From assembly GCA_963714015.1 (NCBI GenBank), contig OY970223.1, forward strand, positions 2,272,001 to 2,336,000: a stretch of 64,000 nucleotides of DNA, given 5' to 3'. Within the stretch, counting starts at the first letter, position 1; every line of letters begins with the position of its first letter. This document shows positions 45,008-56,386 of this stretch, in pieces. Origin of the DNA: Vulcanimicrobiota bacterium. GTDB taxonomy: Bacteria; Vulcanimicrobiota; Vulcanimicrobiia; Vulcanimicrobiales; Vulcanimicrobiaceae. Below the pieces are notes generated by a model. The model was not told where the DNA came from. It did no database searches and saw only the letters and a program-made list of their open reading frames with translations. The position numbers and the translations under genes were made by a program.

Positions 45008-45373
45008 TTAGAGATTTGAGGAGTGTCGACCCTAGTACGAGAGGACCGGGTTGAACGAACCGCTGGTGAACCGGTTGTCCCGCCAGGGGCATAGCCGGGT
45101 AGCTATGTTCGGACCAGATAAACGCTGAAAGCATATAAGCGTGAAACTGACTTCAAGATGAGATCTCGATCACGTAAGTGTGAAGGGTCGTGGTAGACTA
45201 CCACGTTGATAGGCCGGAGGTGGAAGCACTGCAAGGTGTGGAGCTGACCGGTACTAATCGCCCGGAAATTTTTGACTCGTCTTCCTCTGTCTGGCACTGA
45301 AAGTTCTTCTGTATGCAGCTTTCTCATCGTCACAGCCTGGAGCTCCGGCTCGGCGTGACGGTGAGGATCAAGT

Positions 45374-45491
45374 TTCTGGCGCTCATAGCGGCGGGGTCCC
45401 ACCCGTTCCCATCCCGAACACGGCAGTTAAGCCCGCCAGCGCCGATGATAGTCGGACCGCAGGGTCCCTCGAAAGTAGGTCGGCGCCAGAT
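45374..45491 (+). rRNA. rrf: 5S rRNA
   Basis: TCTGGCGC/GCGCCAGA terminal helix, CCCATCCCGAAC, GAAAGTAGG. Confidence 0.95.
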
Positions 45492-45503
45492 TAATTCCAA
45501 ACG

Positions 45504-45535
45504 AAAAAGCCCGCGGTTTAGCCGCGGGCTTTTTT
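45504..45535 (+). terminator. rRNA operon intrinsic terminator
   Basis: AAAAAGCCCGCGG-TTTAG-CCGCGGGCTTTTTT. Confidence 0.9.
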
Positions 45536-45558
45536 GCATTGCGGCGAACGACCCTCGC

Positions 45559-46239
45559 ATGACGTTCGTGGCGGCGATCGTGGCATCAATGCTCTTTGCG
45601 GCCGCGCCGAAGCCGGCGCCGACCGAGAACCCGGACTGCTTGCAGTACTTCCACAGCGCCTGCAGCGAAGCCATCGGCGCATGGCTGCCGGACTACAGTG
45701 CTTTCGGCAGCGATTTCGAGCGCCGCGCGACGCACGTTTCGCTGCGCGACGGCTTCGTTTACGAGCATGAAAAGGTGCAGCCCGGTCAAGGTCTGGGATT
45801 TGTCGGTCCGGACGACGGCACGTTCTTCGTCTACGGTAATGCCGGACCGCCGAAAGGTCACGTCGTCTACGATTACGCGCACCGAATTGCATTTTTCGAC
45901 CAAGGGTGCTGCGCATGGCATGACGTCGTGGAAGCCTATGCGCCGCCGCCGCCCAAGCGCGTGGTCGACCGCGACCTGACCGCACTGAGGACGGTGCGCG
46001 GCGCATATTTGGGGATCACCGAATCGATGGTGCGCAGCATCTATGGCAACGCGCGATCGCAAGCCGTGCCGAGCCACTCCGGCCTAACCGTGTTGTCGTA
46101 CAGCACCTGGACGCTCGACAAAAACGGCAGCTTCGTACCGAATAGGCATGGGCAGTTCCAAGATTATTGCGGGCAATCTCAAGATTTTTACTTCCGAGGC
46201 GGCCGGCTGGCGATCATTCAGATCGGGAACGCCTGCTAA
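45559..46239 (+). CDS. Hypothetical secreted Cys-containing protein (paralog 1)
   Basis: Signal-like N-terminus; strong similarity to the next gene. Confidence 0.7.
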   Translation: MTFVAAIVASMLFAAAPKPAPTENPDCLQYFHSACSEAIGAWLPDYSAFGSDFERRATHVSLRDGFVYEHEKVQPGQGLGFVGPDDGTFFVYGNAGPPKGHVVYDYAHRIAFFDQGCCAWHDVVEAYAPPPPKRVVDRDLTALRTVRGAYLGITESMVRSIYGNARSQAVPSHSGLTVLSYSTWTLDKNGSFVPNRHGQFQDYCGQSQDFYFRGGRLAIIQIGNAC

Positions 46240-46314
46240 CCGCGACGGCTGCGGCATGCCGGCTTCGTTCGGGCCGGAGAGCGGCGTGCACGAGAAGAAG
46301 ACGCCCGCGTGCGA

Positions 46315-47008
46315 ATGATCCAAGCGCTTCGCTTTCTCGTCCCGCTCCTGGCGCTTGCGAGCAGCGCGGTTTGGGCAACTGCGGGCTCGGTCACGTTCAT
46401 CAAATACAGGCTGCCGGACATGGATTTTCAGCGCCCTGAAGGCTGTCCGAAGGACAACGTTGCTTGCTCGAATGCGGCACTAGGTCGCTGGCTGCCGGTG
46501 CTGATCGACAATTCGGATAAGCAAGGGCTGGGCCAAGTCCGGATCGTGGATTTCACGGACAGCTTTGCGTACGAAGGGCCGGCAAAACCGGTGCGTTACT
46601 GGGGCGACATCGGCGGATATCCGCAAGACGGAACGGGCATCATCTACTCGCGCGCCGTCGTGAAAGCCGACGCTGTCTACGATTACGCGCACCATATTGC
46701 GTATTACGACCAAGGCTGCTGTGATTGGCGCGACGTTGTTCTGGCCGGCGACGTTGCGCCTCCACCGCTTCGCGTCGTCAACCGCAACCTGCAATCCTTA
46801 AGCACCGGGCGCGGCGTGCATTTGGGCGACGAGCTCTCGCAGGTCCGTGCAGCATACGGCGCGGCAGCGCTGCATGCGGTTCCTCACTACCCGGACCTGC
46901 GCATGCTTTCGTACTATCCATCCGTTCAACCCAGACTGCGGCCAAGCGATGACCTTTGCGTTTCGCGCGGGACGGCTGATCTACGTCGATCTGGAAACGG
47001 CGTGCTGA
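46315..47008 (+). CDS. Hypothetical secreted Cys-containing protein (paralog 2); +1 frameshift near ~46917
   Basis: VYDYAHHIAYYDQGCC shared with paralog 1; corrected end DCGQAMTFAFRAGRLIYVDLETAC* parallels YCGQSQDFYFRGGRLAIIQIGNAC*. Confidence 0.72.
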
Positions 47009-47016
47009 GCGGGATG

Positions 47017-49423
47017 CTATTTCCCATAGACGGCGGCGAAGTCTAGGAACTCCTCGGCCGGCAGCGGCCGGCAGTAGTAGTAGCCTTGGAAAACGTGGCA
47101 TCCCAGTTCGCGTAAAATGCTCACCTGTGCGGCGGACTCGACACCTTCGGCAACGACCGTAAGGTTCGTCGCGGCGGCAAGGTGCACGACGGCGGTGACA
47201 ATCTCGCGATCCTGACGATCCGTGGCGACGTCTTGCAGCAGTTTTCGATCGATCTTCAGCGAGTCGATTGGGAACGATTTCAAGTGTCCGAGCGAGCTGT
47301 AACCGGTGCCGAAGTCGTCTAAAGCGATTCCCACGCCGAGTGCGCGTAGCGACTGCATGACGCGAATGGACCGCGTGACGTCGCGCATGATGCCGGTCTC
47401 GGTAATCTCGGCAGTCAGTGCGCGCGGATCGGTGTCGCTGCGGGCGAGCGCGCGGTCGATCGAGTTCAGCACGTGACCGTACTCGAACTCTTTGCTCGAC
47501 ACGTTAACGGCAATCGGAAGCGCAAAACCCCGTTTTCCGAAGGCCTGGGACAAGCGGCAAGCCTCGCCCATGACCCATTCGCCGATTTGCACGATCAATC
47601 CCGATTGCTCTGCGATCTCGATGAACTCCGCCGGCAGACGAAGGCCCCACGACGGATCTTTCCAGCGGATGAGCGCCTCGGCACCGGCGATTCCGCCGTC
47701 CACGGAGATAAGCGGCTGAAGATACAATGCGAATTGCTTGAGGCGAAGCGCCTGATGCAATCCATTCTGAATCTCCAGCCGGTGCCTTGCAGCATCGTAC
47801 ATTCGTGGATGGAAGACGGCGCTGCTGTTGCGCTGGCGTTTGGCGGCGTACATCGCGGTGTCGGCGTTGCGAATCAGTTCGTCCGCGGAATTTCCGTGCC
47901 GCGGAAAACAGGCAACGCCGATGCTCGCCGTAATGAACAGACTCTCTGCCGCCGAATTCGTAGGCCGGCTCGAGCACCTTTTGAAACTCTTCCAGCGCCA
48001 CGGCGTGGGCAGAGTCGGTTTCCTCTTCGACCGGAACGATAACGACGAACTCGTCGCCTCCCCAGCGGCAGACCTGTCCGTTTTTGCCTATTGCTTTTGT
48101 CAAGCGCTGCGCGATCGCGCGCAGAACCGAATCGCCGAACACGTGGCCGAAGGTGTCGTTGACCTCGCTAAATCCGTCAAAATCGATGTAAAATAGCGCA
48201 AACGCTCCCTCCTGCATCGCGCGCTGCAACAGCGAGGCAACGGAAGAACGGTTCGGCAGTTCGGTCAGCGGATCGTGAAAAGCCAGGAACCGGAGTTCAC
48301 GTTCGGCCGCTTTGCGATCCGTTACGTCGAGCATGGTGCCGGTTACGGTGAGCGGCCGTCGCGAATTCTTGAAATATGTCCCTTTTGCGCGAACGCTGAT
48401 CCAACGCGTCGAACCTTCCGGCCGCAGGACGCGAGCTTCCACGGTATAATCCCCGCCCGGCCATGCCGAGCGAATCACCGAATTGATAGCGGGGCGATCG
48501 TCCGGATGGAAAAAGTTGAGCAAATTGGCCTCGAATGCCGGCGCGGTTTCGGGCCTCAGTCCCAAAATTCGCATGGCTTCCGCCGATAAGTACAGCCGCT
48601 GCGTGCGGAAATTGTGTTCGAAACTGCCCAGGTGCGCGATTTCCTGCGCTTCTTCAAGCCGGCGGCGCGAGAGTTCCGCATCCTTTTCGAGCATGACTTT
48701 CTCGGTCACGTTCTTTGCGACCACGAGGCGGGCGCGCTCGCTGCCGCCGAACGGGATGCTGTCGGATTCGATCTCCACCATAAGGGTCGAACCGTCTTTG
48801 CGCACGTGCTCGTAAATGCCAAACAGATACCGCGCCGTATCGACCTCGAGCCGACTGAACGATTCGGCGGCGGAAGGCGTAGCGAGCCGCGCTATCGGCA
48901 TCTCCAAGAATTCTTCGCGCGAGTATCCGTAGGTTGCAACGGCGGCGCGGTTCACATCCAAGAAGCGCAACTGGATCGGATCGTAGACCCACATCGGCAA
49001 CGGAAAATTATCGAAGATGCTCCGATTGCGCTCTTGCGCATGGATGCGCTCGGTGACGTCGGTGAGGATGCTGATGCCGACGAGCGTGCCCTCGCGGATC
49101 GCCGGAATCGCGACGTTCTCGACGAGCACGATTTTGCCGTCTTTGGTGAGATGACGGGCGGGACTGAAGTACTGAGATTTATCCGAAGCAAAGGACTGAG
49201 CTCGTCGCCGGATCTCTTCGTGATCCTCGGGCGGCGTCATGTCGTAGACCGTCATGCGCAAAAACTCGTCGCGCGTAAATCCGAATCTATCGACGGCGCT
49301 CTGATTGACGTCTAGAATTCGCAGTGTCGCAGGGTCGAGAACGGCAACGGGATTGGGGAGCTCGCGCAGCAACGCGACAGCCGTATCGTACCACTGACCG
49401 GTGGCGTCCGGTATCGCGCTCAC
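47017..49423 (-). CDS. PAS-PAS-PAS-GGDEF-EAL diguanylate cyclase/phosphodiesterase; +1 frameshift near ~47935
   Basis: Three PAS/PAC repeats, HDPLTELPNR, RWGGDEF, AEALIRW, DDFGTGYSSL, AEGVE. Confidence 0.9.
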
Positions 49424-49525
49424 ATGTGCTACCTGATAAGGATAGCAGGTGAACCGCGAGGCATCACCGCGGAAGCTGCCATGGCTGAATATTCAGCGAA
49501 ACGCGGGGGCGACCTACCCGCCGCC

Positions 49526-49922
49526 ATGGGATCGACCGGACGGCTGAACGGCGGCCGCCGATGTGCCGTGGAAGCCTTTGCCGCGGCTGGGTATATCAAT
49601 CGGAGTGGACCAACGGCAAGCACGCAGCATCTACCAAGAAATCGTAACCCGCGGAAAACAGACCGGCGCCGTGGCGGACGAGCAAGAAGGCAGCCTCCCC
49701 GTCGCAACGTTCGCGAACGGACACGAACTGGGAGAAGTCAAGATCATCCGCACCGAGCCGGCCGACTATCACGTGATTTGGTATCCTCCGGAGGTTCACG
49801 TGGGTCAAGATCTCATCGAACAGCAGGCGACTGACGAAGAAGACGTCGTCGACGTCGGCGCACTGCCGCCCCGGCAAACGGTCGCGAGAATACTGGCGTT
49901 CGGCGAAAAAATGAGCCGTTAG
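49526..49922 (+). CDS. Hypothetical protein (start uncertain; possible +1 frameshift near ~49547)
   Basis: Protein-like ORF 49563-49922; no recognised motif. Confidence 0.4.
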
Positions 49923-49988
49923 CCCCAATGACGCGGAACGGATTCCCTGCCGATAAACGTAATAAAGAGTGGGGAATATCGTAAAGAG

Positions 49989-50633
49989 ATGCACGCACTG
50001 CAACGGCCCCTTCCGCAGCCTGCACCCATAACGATGGCCGTTTTGGGCGACAGCTTAGCGTTCGGCTTGGGAGCCAGCTGCGCGGAGAAAGGCTTGGCTT
50101 ACCTCATCTTCCGCCGGGTACGCGAGGGCCGGTCCGCGAGCACGTATTCGAATTTTGCCGTCCCCCATTCAACGATGGGGGACGTTTTACGTCACCAGCT
50201 TCCTGCGCTCCATGGTTCGAGGGTAAACTTCGTCCTGTTGATTGCGGGCGCAAACGATCTGCGGTTCACGCGAGACCCGGCCCTCGTCAAGCGCCGGTTT
50301 CGAAAGTTGTTGGAGGGCGTCCACGAACTCGCCCCTCAAGCCGCCGTCGTCGCCGGTGGAATGCCCGACGTAACGCAAACGATCGGCGTCCCCGCTTTTC
50401 TCAAACCTGCTGCCGCGCGCTTATGCCGGCGCATCAACGAAGGCATGCGCGAATCGACCGCTCAGTTTGGTGACGAGTTCATCGACATGTTCGAGTTCAC
50501 GGCGGCGCCGCTCGTCGAGGGAATGCAATACCTATGCGACGACGGCTACCATCCGTCGGACTTCGGACATGCGGAGATTGCCGAACGTTGTTATCCCGCA
50601 ATTGAACGGGCGCTGCTGCGTCTGGACTCTTAA
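49989..50633 (+). CDS. SGNH/GDSL hydrolase
   Basis: LGDSL, AGAND, DGYHPS blocks. Confidence 0.9.
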   Translation: MHALQRPLPQPAPITMAVLGDSLAFGLGASCAEKGLAYLIFRRVREGRSASTYSNFAVPHSTMGDVLRHQLPALHGSRVNFVLLIAGANDLRFTRDPALVKRRFRKLLEGVHELAPQAAVVAGGMPDVTQTIGVPAFLKPAAARLCRRINEGMRESTAQFGDEFIDMFEFTAAPLVEGMQYLCDDGYHPSDFGHAEIAERCYPAIERALLRLDS

Positions 50634-50639
50634 CCGCGG

Positions 50640-50825
50640 TTAGCTCTGCACTTGCGAGGCGGGAAGCTCCTCGGTTGCTTGATAGAGCGTCCAGGGTTTC
50701 TGCGCGTGGTGGTCGGGCGGAAACGTTCCGCCTTTTTCGAACTTTTCACGGTGACCGCATTCCGAGCACTCATAAAAGCCGCCAACCGTAACCTGCTCGC
50801 CGCCGTTTCCGTATATCTCTGCCAT
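50640..50825 (-). CDS. Small zinc-ribbon (YjzC-like) protein
   Basis: GAGG RBS; MAEIYGNGGEQV..GGFYECSECG......GGTFPP.....W, 61 aa. Confidence 0.6.
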   Translation of the reverse strand: MAEIYGNGGEQVTVGGFYECSECGHREKFEKGGTFPPDHHAQKPWTLYQATEELPASQVQS

Positions 50826-50854
50826 AACACCCTCGTACCCGTGCAGCGTCGAAC

Positions 50855-52120
50855 CTACGGGCGGATGCGATAGATAGAGCCGGTAAGGTCGTCCGCCACG
50901 AAGAGGTCGCCTTGCGGCCCGATTGCAATGCCGGTCGGCCTCCCAATGCGCGTGTCGCAGCTCGGCTGGAATCCGGTGATGAAATCGTTCCACTGCTTCG
51001 TGGGATCGCTCCAATCGACCGCCGTAAGCGGCGTGTCGCCGTTCATCGGGACAAAGGCAACGCGCGGCGAAACGTAGCAGCCGCCGGGCTGATGCCAGGA
51101 ACCGTGCATGGCAACGAACGCGCCGCCGCGATACTGCGCGGGAAAGGCGTACGGGCCGGACGCGGATTTCGGGTACATTACCGCGCCGATGATGGTGCTA
51201 TAGGCTAAGAACTCGACCCGCGGAGCGATCGTGGCCGTGCAGTTGGCGCCCGAACCGAACGGGTTGTGATTCTCTTCACATTCCGGCCAGCCGTAGTCTG
51301 CAATGCCCGGATGCAGTGTAACGGGATCGAAGAATTCGTAGGGATGCAGCGACGGCAGATAGTCTTGTCCGGCCCCTCCGGCCCAAAGTACGTTCGTTTG
51401 CGGATCGACGGCAAGCGCCATAGCGTTACGAATACGAATTGCCCGCGTGGCCATGCCGGAACCGTCGAGGTTCATCTGTTGGATCGTCGCGCGTGTGGGG
51501 TCGATCTCCGTGCAAGCGTTGCAAGAAGAACCCACTGACGCGTAAAGCGTCGTTCCCACGACTGCGACGGACGTCGTGCGGTGAACGTCGCCGTCGCTTC
51601 CGGGCGGCGGCGAACCGCTGCGAATGGAAGCGATTTTGGCAGGCGCGCTTTTCGCGGCGGTATCGCCGATCGTGTACGCAATGCGGTACACACCGTGCTG
51701 CGCACCCACGTAGAGCGCGCAACTCTGCAGCGAAATCGCAACTCCGGCGGCCGGAGGATCGTCGATGCTCGCAAAGACTTCGGGCGTTGCCGCCTGATTC
51801 TCCGCATTACGCACGATGTAAATGCTGCTCGAACCGGTTCCGACGAAAAGGTCACCGTTGGGCGCGAATGTCAGTTCCCGCGCCTGTGATACTTTTGCGA
51901 CGACCTCTATCGTAAACGGACTTGGAACGGAGAGACCCGTTGCGGGTGCCGGAGTGGGCCCAGACGGCGTGGGCGTCGGTGCCGGCGTTGAATTCGGCAT
52001 GCAGCCGGCGCTTTGCGCTGCTTGCGTCGGCGTCGAGGAAGGGGTAGCAGTTGCTGAGGTGCCGCCGCCGCAGCCGGCGAGCAGCAGCGAACCGAAGATT
52101 GCCGCGGGCCACCTAGACAT
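50855..52120 (-). CDS. PQQ-dependent sugar/sorbosone dehydrogenase family lipoprotein (beta-propeller)
   Basis: LLAGC lipobox, LYASVGSSCNAC.E, IRNAMAL, DYGWP.C, HGSW, GRPTGI. Confidence 0.85.
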   Translation of the reverse strand: MSRWPAAIFGSLLLAGCGGGTSATATPSSTPTQAAQSAGCMPNSTPAPTPTPSGPTPAPATGLSVPSPFTIEVVAKVSQARELTFAPNGDLFVGTGSSSIYIVRNAENQAATPEVFASIDDPPAAGVAISLQSCALYVGAQHGVYRIAYTIGDTAAKSAPAKIASIRSGSPPPGSDGDVHRTTSVAVVGTTLYASVGSSCNACTEIDPTRATIQQMNLDGSGMATRAIRIRNAMALAVDPQTNVLWAGGAGQDYLPSLHPYEFFDPVTLHPGIADYGWPECEENHNPFGSGANCTATIAPRVEFLAYSTIIGAVMYPKSASGPYAFPAQYRGGAFVAMHGSWHQPGGCYVSPRVAFVPMNGDTPLTAVDWSDPTKQWNDFITGFQPSCDTRIGRPTGIAIGPQGDLFVADDLTGSIYRIRP

Positions 52121-53366
52121 GTCCGTTAAGCGCTACCCCTTCGAAACGGTCGCGAAACTCCTTGGCGCCGAGATTGCTCTGTGCGGCAAGCCGCGAAAGG
52201 CGGGGTTCCTCAAAGTCGGAATTCTCCAGACGCGTCATGTAATTGCGCCCGACGCGATACGATTCGGTGGTGATATCCACCATTCGAACCCTCACGCGGC
52301 CCGTCTGCGCGTCGGCGAGTTCCGAAAGTTGAACGGGAACGACTTGTCCGCCCGACAACGCAATCAGGGCGCCGCTGCCGCCCTCGAGCAGATATCGCAC
52401 CGCACCATAACCAAGCGTTCGCGTGTACTCGACGTCGAACGGAACAGGCTTCGCGCAGCGCAACTCGTAACCGATGTCTTTGTTTACGACGGTCGCGCGC
52501 ACGCCCAGTTCGTTCAAACGGTCGCGAACCGCATCGCGCAGCACGGCGCCGATCGGAATGTCCGCCAAGCGAATGTGTCCGTATGCGTCGCGCGGCGCGT
52601 GCTCGTACGCCGCGAGCTGCTCCTGCGAGAGCCGTTCAGCGATGCCTTCCGCCACGATCGCCACACCGTTGTCATGGCCGGCGGCTTTGCGCTTGACGAT
52701 AGAGCCGACGATCGTGTCGACGACCGCATTGAGGTCGAGAAGTTCACCCGGGAATTCCTCGGGGATTACCGCCAGATCGGCTCCTGCGGCTTTGCACATT
52801 CCGAGCGCCAGCGCGCCGGATTTGCGACCCATACTCACCACCAAATACCAGCGCGCCGTGGTGCGCGCGTCTACCATTAGGCTCTCGATGATGGCGGTTC
52901 CTACGGAGCGCGCCGTCTCGAAACCGAACGTCGGCGCATTGTCCGGCAGCGGTAGATCGTTGTCTATGGTCTTCGGGACGGTGACAACGCCGATCCGGCC
53001 TTGCGCGAGTGCAGCGATGCGAGTCGCGCCGTAGGTCGTGTCGTCCCCGCCTATTGCAATGAGATACCGAACGCCGAGATGCGTGAGGGCGCGCACGCAA
53101 TTTTCCAGTATCTTTTCGTCTTTGGCCGGATTCGTCCGCGAAGTGCGAAGTATCGACCCGCCGGTCGTATGAATCAGCGAGACGTCGTCGAGGCGCAGCT
53201 CGGCGACGTGCGATGTATCTCCTTGGGCAATGTGATAGTAGCCGTCGTACAATCCGATCACGCGAAGGCCGTTATTGATTGCTTCGATCGTTGCCGAGGC
53301 GATGACGCCGTTGATTCCGGGCGCCGGGCCGCCGCCCACCAAAATTGCCGCAGTTTCGCCGCTCAT
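52113..53366 (-). CDS. pfp: 6-phosphofructokinase, probably PPi-dependent
   Basis: GGGPAPGINGVI, GGDDT (Asp typical of PPi-type), PKTIDND, MGR, GYELRC. Confidence 0.88.
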   Translation of the reverse strand: MSGETAAILVGGGPAPGINGVIASATIEAINNGLRVIGLYDGYYHIAQGDTSHVAELRLDDVSLIHTTGGSILRTSRTNPAKDEKILENCVRALTHLGVRYLIAIGGDDTTYGATRIAALAQGRIGVVTVPKTIDNDLPLPDNAPTFGFETARSVGTAIIESLMVDARTTARWYLVVSMGRKSGALALGMCKAAGADLAVIPEEFPGELLDLNAVVDTIVGSIVKRKAAGHDNGVAIVAEGIAERLSQEQLAAYEHAPRDAYGHIRLADIPIGAVLRDAVRDRLNELGVRATVVNKDIGYELRCAKPVPFDVEYTRTLGYGAVRYLLEGGSGALIALSGGQVVPVQLSELADAQTGRVRVRMVDITTESYRVGRNYMTRLENSDFEEPRLSRLAAQSNLGAKEFRDRFEGVALNGHV

Positions 53367-53423
53367 TCGGGAGCGATACGCGAAGCTTGAAGACAACTCT
53401 TGCGCGCGGGAGAAAAGGAGGTC

Positions 53424-53852
53424 ATGGAAACGTACCAGGCCGTCCTCTTCGATCTGTTCGGAACGCTCGTGAACGAGCGAGGCGATGCGGTGGATGGCGC
53501 GCGCGAAATCCTCACACGTCTTCCACTTTCGCACTGGGGCATCGTCACGTCATGCCCGGCGCGCTTGGCCCGGCAGCTCGTCGCACGAGCCGAGCTTCCG
53601 CAACCGGAAGTCCTCGTGACTTCGGACGACGTCATTCACGGAAAACCGGCGCCCGACTGCTATTTGCTGGCCGCAGGACGCTTGCACGTAGAACCGGAGG
53701 CGTGCCTGGTGGTAGAGGACAGTTTGGGCGGCCTTGCCGCCGGTAGAGCGGCGGGGATGCGCGTCTGGAACGTGCGCGAGGTCGCATTGCGCGACCTCGC
53801 CTTGGAGTTCGATTCGGCCCAAGACGTCATCTTGGGCGGTAAGTCCGGTTAG
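53424..53852 (+). CDS. HAD-family phosphatase
   Basis: AGGAGG RBS; FDLFGTL, GKPAPD, VEDS. Confidence 0.85.
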   Translation: METYQAVLFDLFGTLVNERGDAVDGAREILTRLPLSHWGIVTSCPARLARQLVARAELPQPEVLVTSDDVIHGKPAPDCYLLAAGRLHVEPEACLVVEDSLGGLAAGRAAGMRVWNVREVALRDLALEFDSAQDVILGGKSG

Positions 53853-54210
53853 TAACCGCCGTTACGCCGTTGCTGACGCTCGCTTTGAAGTTGGCTCGCT
53901 GCTGCGGCGTGAGGACGTTCATAATCTGCTGGCGGAGCTGCGCGCGTTGGGCCGGCGTAGCGCCCTGGCCGCAGGGATGCGCCGCCCGGAACTGCTGGTG
54001 AATTTGCTTGAGCTGCGCCTTTTGGGCGGGGCTCAGATTGAGGGCGGCCATCATGTTGGGACCGTGGTGCTCGCCGCGCACCATGTTCGCGCACGGGGCC
54101 GCCGCGTTGGTCATCGGTGCCGTGGCGGCAGTCTGTGCAAAGGCACCCGCCGGAAGAACGGTTGCCGCCGCAAAAGCCGCCGGCACGAGAAGAGTACGTA
54201 AAATGTTCAC
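53827..54210 (-). CDS. Spy/CpxP-like (LTXXQ) periplasmic protein
   Basis: Signal peptide; LNLSPAQK and VLTPQQR motifs. Confidence 0.75.
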   Translation of the reverse strand: MNILRTLLVPAAFAAATVLPAGAFAQTAATAPMTNAAAPCANMVRGEHHGPNMMAALNLSPAQKAQLKQIHQQFRAAHPCGQGATPAQRAQLRQQIMNVLTPQQRANFKASVSNGVTAVTNRTYRPR

Positions 54211-54288
54211 AAATTGGCTCCTTGGAGTCGGGATACGTCTACCTTAGCGCATCTCATGCTGCCGTCTTGCTAAGAAAAGATTAGAGAA

Positions 54289-54714
54289 ATGCTCGCTTTC
54301 ACCGAACACCAGACCATCCGGACAGCCAAGCGTTACGAGATTTTGGATATCACCGGGATGGTGGAGGATTTTCTCGGGCGTTCCGGCCTCCGGGACGGTT
54401 TCATTCTGGTCTCGACGATGCACATAACCGCATCGATATTCGTCAACGATCGCGAATCCGGACTATGGCACGATATCATGACGTGGCTGGAAGGCCTCGC
54501 GCCACGCGGTGAGGATTACAAGCACCATCTTACCGGTGAAGACAACGCCGACGCTCACCTCAAACGCATGCTGCTCGGGCACCAAGTTCTGGTTCCGGTC
54601 ACGGATGGAGCCTTAGATCTCGGGACCTGGGAACGCGTTCACTACGGCGAGTTCGACGGTCAGCGGTCGAAGCGCATTTTATTCAAAGCGGTCGGTATCG
54701 GACGAGAAACATGA
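54289..54714 (+). CDS. YjbQ/UPF0047 family protein
   Basis: HITASIFVND, HH..GEDNADAHLK, LDLGTW...EFDG. Confidence 0.9.
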   Translation: MLAFTEHQTIRTAKRYEILDITGMVEDFLGRSGLRDGFILVSTMHITASIFVNDRESGLWHDIMTWLEGLAPRGEDYKHHLTGEDNADAHLKRMLLGHQVLVPVTDGALDLGTWERVHYGEFDGQRSKRILFKAVGIGRET

Positions 54715-54724
54715 CGCCATGACG

Positions 54725-56290
54725 TCAGGGTTTGATCGCTGCCGCTTTTACGCCCTCTGAGGCGTGAGCTTCGAATTTGCGGAAATTCTCGGCGAAAAGC
54801 GCGGCAAGCTTCTTGGCTTGTGCGTCATATGCTTTTCCGTCGAGCCACACGTTGCGCGGGTCGAGCACTTCGCCCGGCACGCCCGGAACTTGCAGCGGAA
54901 TGGAAAGTCCGAAGAACGGCTCCGTTTGAAATTCGACGCCCGCGAGCGCTCCTTCGATTGCGGCGTTCACCATTGCGCGCGTATATCCGATGGCCATGCG
55001 TTTACCGACGCCGTAGGGGCCGCCGCTCCAGCCGGTGTTGACCAGCCAGCACGCGACGTTGTGCTCGTCGATGCGCTTGCCTAGAAGCTTCGAGTAGACC
55101 GTGGGGTGGTGAACCATGAACGGCGCGCCAAAACACGTCGAAAACGTTGCTTGAGGCTCCGTAACGCCCCGTTCCGTCCCGGCCACTTTCGCCGTGTAGC
55201 CGGAGAGAAAGTGATACATCGCCTGCTCTTTGGTCAGCTTCGCAATCGGCGGCAGAACGCCGAAGGCGTCGGCGGTGAGCATGATAATCGTCTTCGCGTG
55301 ACCGCCTCGGCTGCCCGGGACGACGTTGGGAATGTACTCGATCGGATAGGCGGAGCGCGTATTCTCCGTGATCGAATCGGAATCCAAATTCAGCGCGCGC
55401 GTGCGCGGATCGTAGACGACGTTTTCCAGAACGCATCCGAAGCGATGCGATGCTGCCCAAATTTCCGGCTCCGCGTCCTTTGAGAGCCGGATGACCTTCG
55501 CGTAGCATCCGCCTTCGAAATTAAAGACGCCGTCGGCCGACCACCCATGTTCGTCGTCGCCGATCAGCGGCCGGTGAGAATCCGCGGAGAGCGTTGTTTT
55601 GCCGGTTCCGGAAAGACCGAAGAAGATCGCCACGTCTTGCTGCGCGCCGACGTTCGCGGAGCAGTGCATCGGCAGCGTGCTGCGCAGCGGCAGCAGATAA
55701 TTCATGATCGTGAAGACCGACTTCTTTATCTCACCGGCGTACCGCGTGCCCCCGATCAGAACGATTCGTTTTTCAAAGTTGACGAGCACGAACGTCGAGG
55801 AGTTCGTCCCGTCGCGCTCGGGGTCGGCTTGGAAGAGCGCCGCATCGACGACCGTAAATTCCGGTGCGAAGTCCGCCGGAGCATCCTCGGGAAGTATGAA
55901 CAAATCGCGCGCAAAAAGACTATGCCAGGCAAATTCCGTGACGACGCGGACCGCAAGCCGGTAGCGTTCGTCCGCGCCGACGTAGCAATCCAGCGAATAA
56001 AGTTCCCGTTCGGAAAGGTATGCGGTAACGCGGTCCCAGAGCGCGTCGAAGATCGCCGGTTCGATTGCGCGGTTCGTTTCGCCCCAATCGATGTGGCCTT
56101 CGCTCGAGGCTTCCTTGACGAAGAACTTGTCTTTAGGCGACCGGCCGGTGTGCGGACGTGTGTCCACGATCAGCTGACCGTCGTTGCCTAGGACGCCTTC
56201 CCCCCGGCGCAAGGCATGTTCGACGAGTTCGGGTGCCGAGAGGTTCTCGTACAGACACGCCGCTTTGATCTTTTGCGGTACCGTTAGAAT
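54725..56290 (-). CDS. pckA: Phosphoenolpyruvate carboxykinase (ATP); start codon uncertain (TTG 56311 or ATT 56290)
   Basis: [49 protein letters not shown]. Confidence 0.96.
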   Translation of the reverse strand: MLTVPQKIKAACLYENLSAPELVEHALRRGEGVLGNDGQLIVDTRPHTGRSPKDKFFVKEASSEGHIDWGETNRAIEPAIFDALWDRVTAYLSERELYSLDCYVGADERYRLAVRVVTEFAWHSLFARDLFILPEDAPADFAPEFTVVDAALFQADPERDGTNSSTFVLVNFEKRIVLIGGTRYAGEIKKSVFTIMNYLLPLRSTLPMHCSANVGAQQDVAIFFGLSGTGKTTLSADSHRPLIGDDEHGWSADGVFNFEGGCYAKVIRLSKDAEPEIWAASHRFGCVLENVVYDPRTRALNLDSDSITENTRSAYPIEYIPNVVPGSRGGHAKTIIMLTADAFGVLPPIAKLTKEQAMYHFLSGYTAKVAGTERGVTEPQATFSTCFGAPFMVHHPTVYSKLLGKRIDEHNVACWLVNTGWSGGPYGVGKRMAIGYTRAMVNAAIEGALAGVEFQTEPFFGLSIPLQVPGVPGEVLDPRNVWLDGKAYDAQAKKLAALFAENFRKFEAHASEGVKAAAIKP

Positions 56291-56386
56291 CGTAAAATCT
56301 CCACAGGACAATTATAAAGTTGACTTAGGTGCGGCGGCAGAGCGAGCCTGCAGGGCCTCCGTAGCCGATAGTCCTAATCTGGCCCG

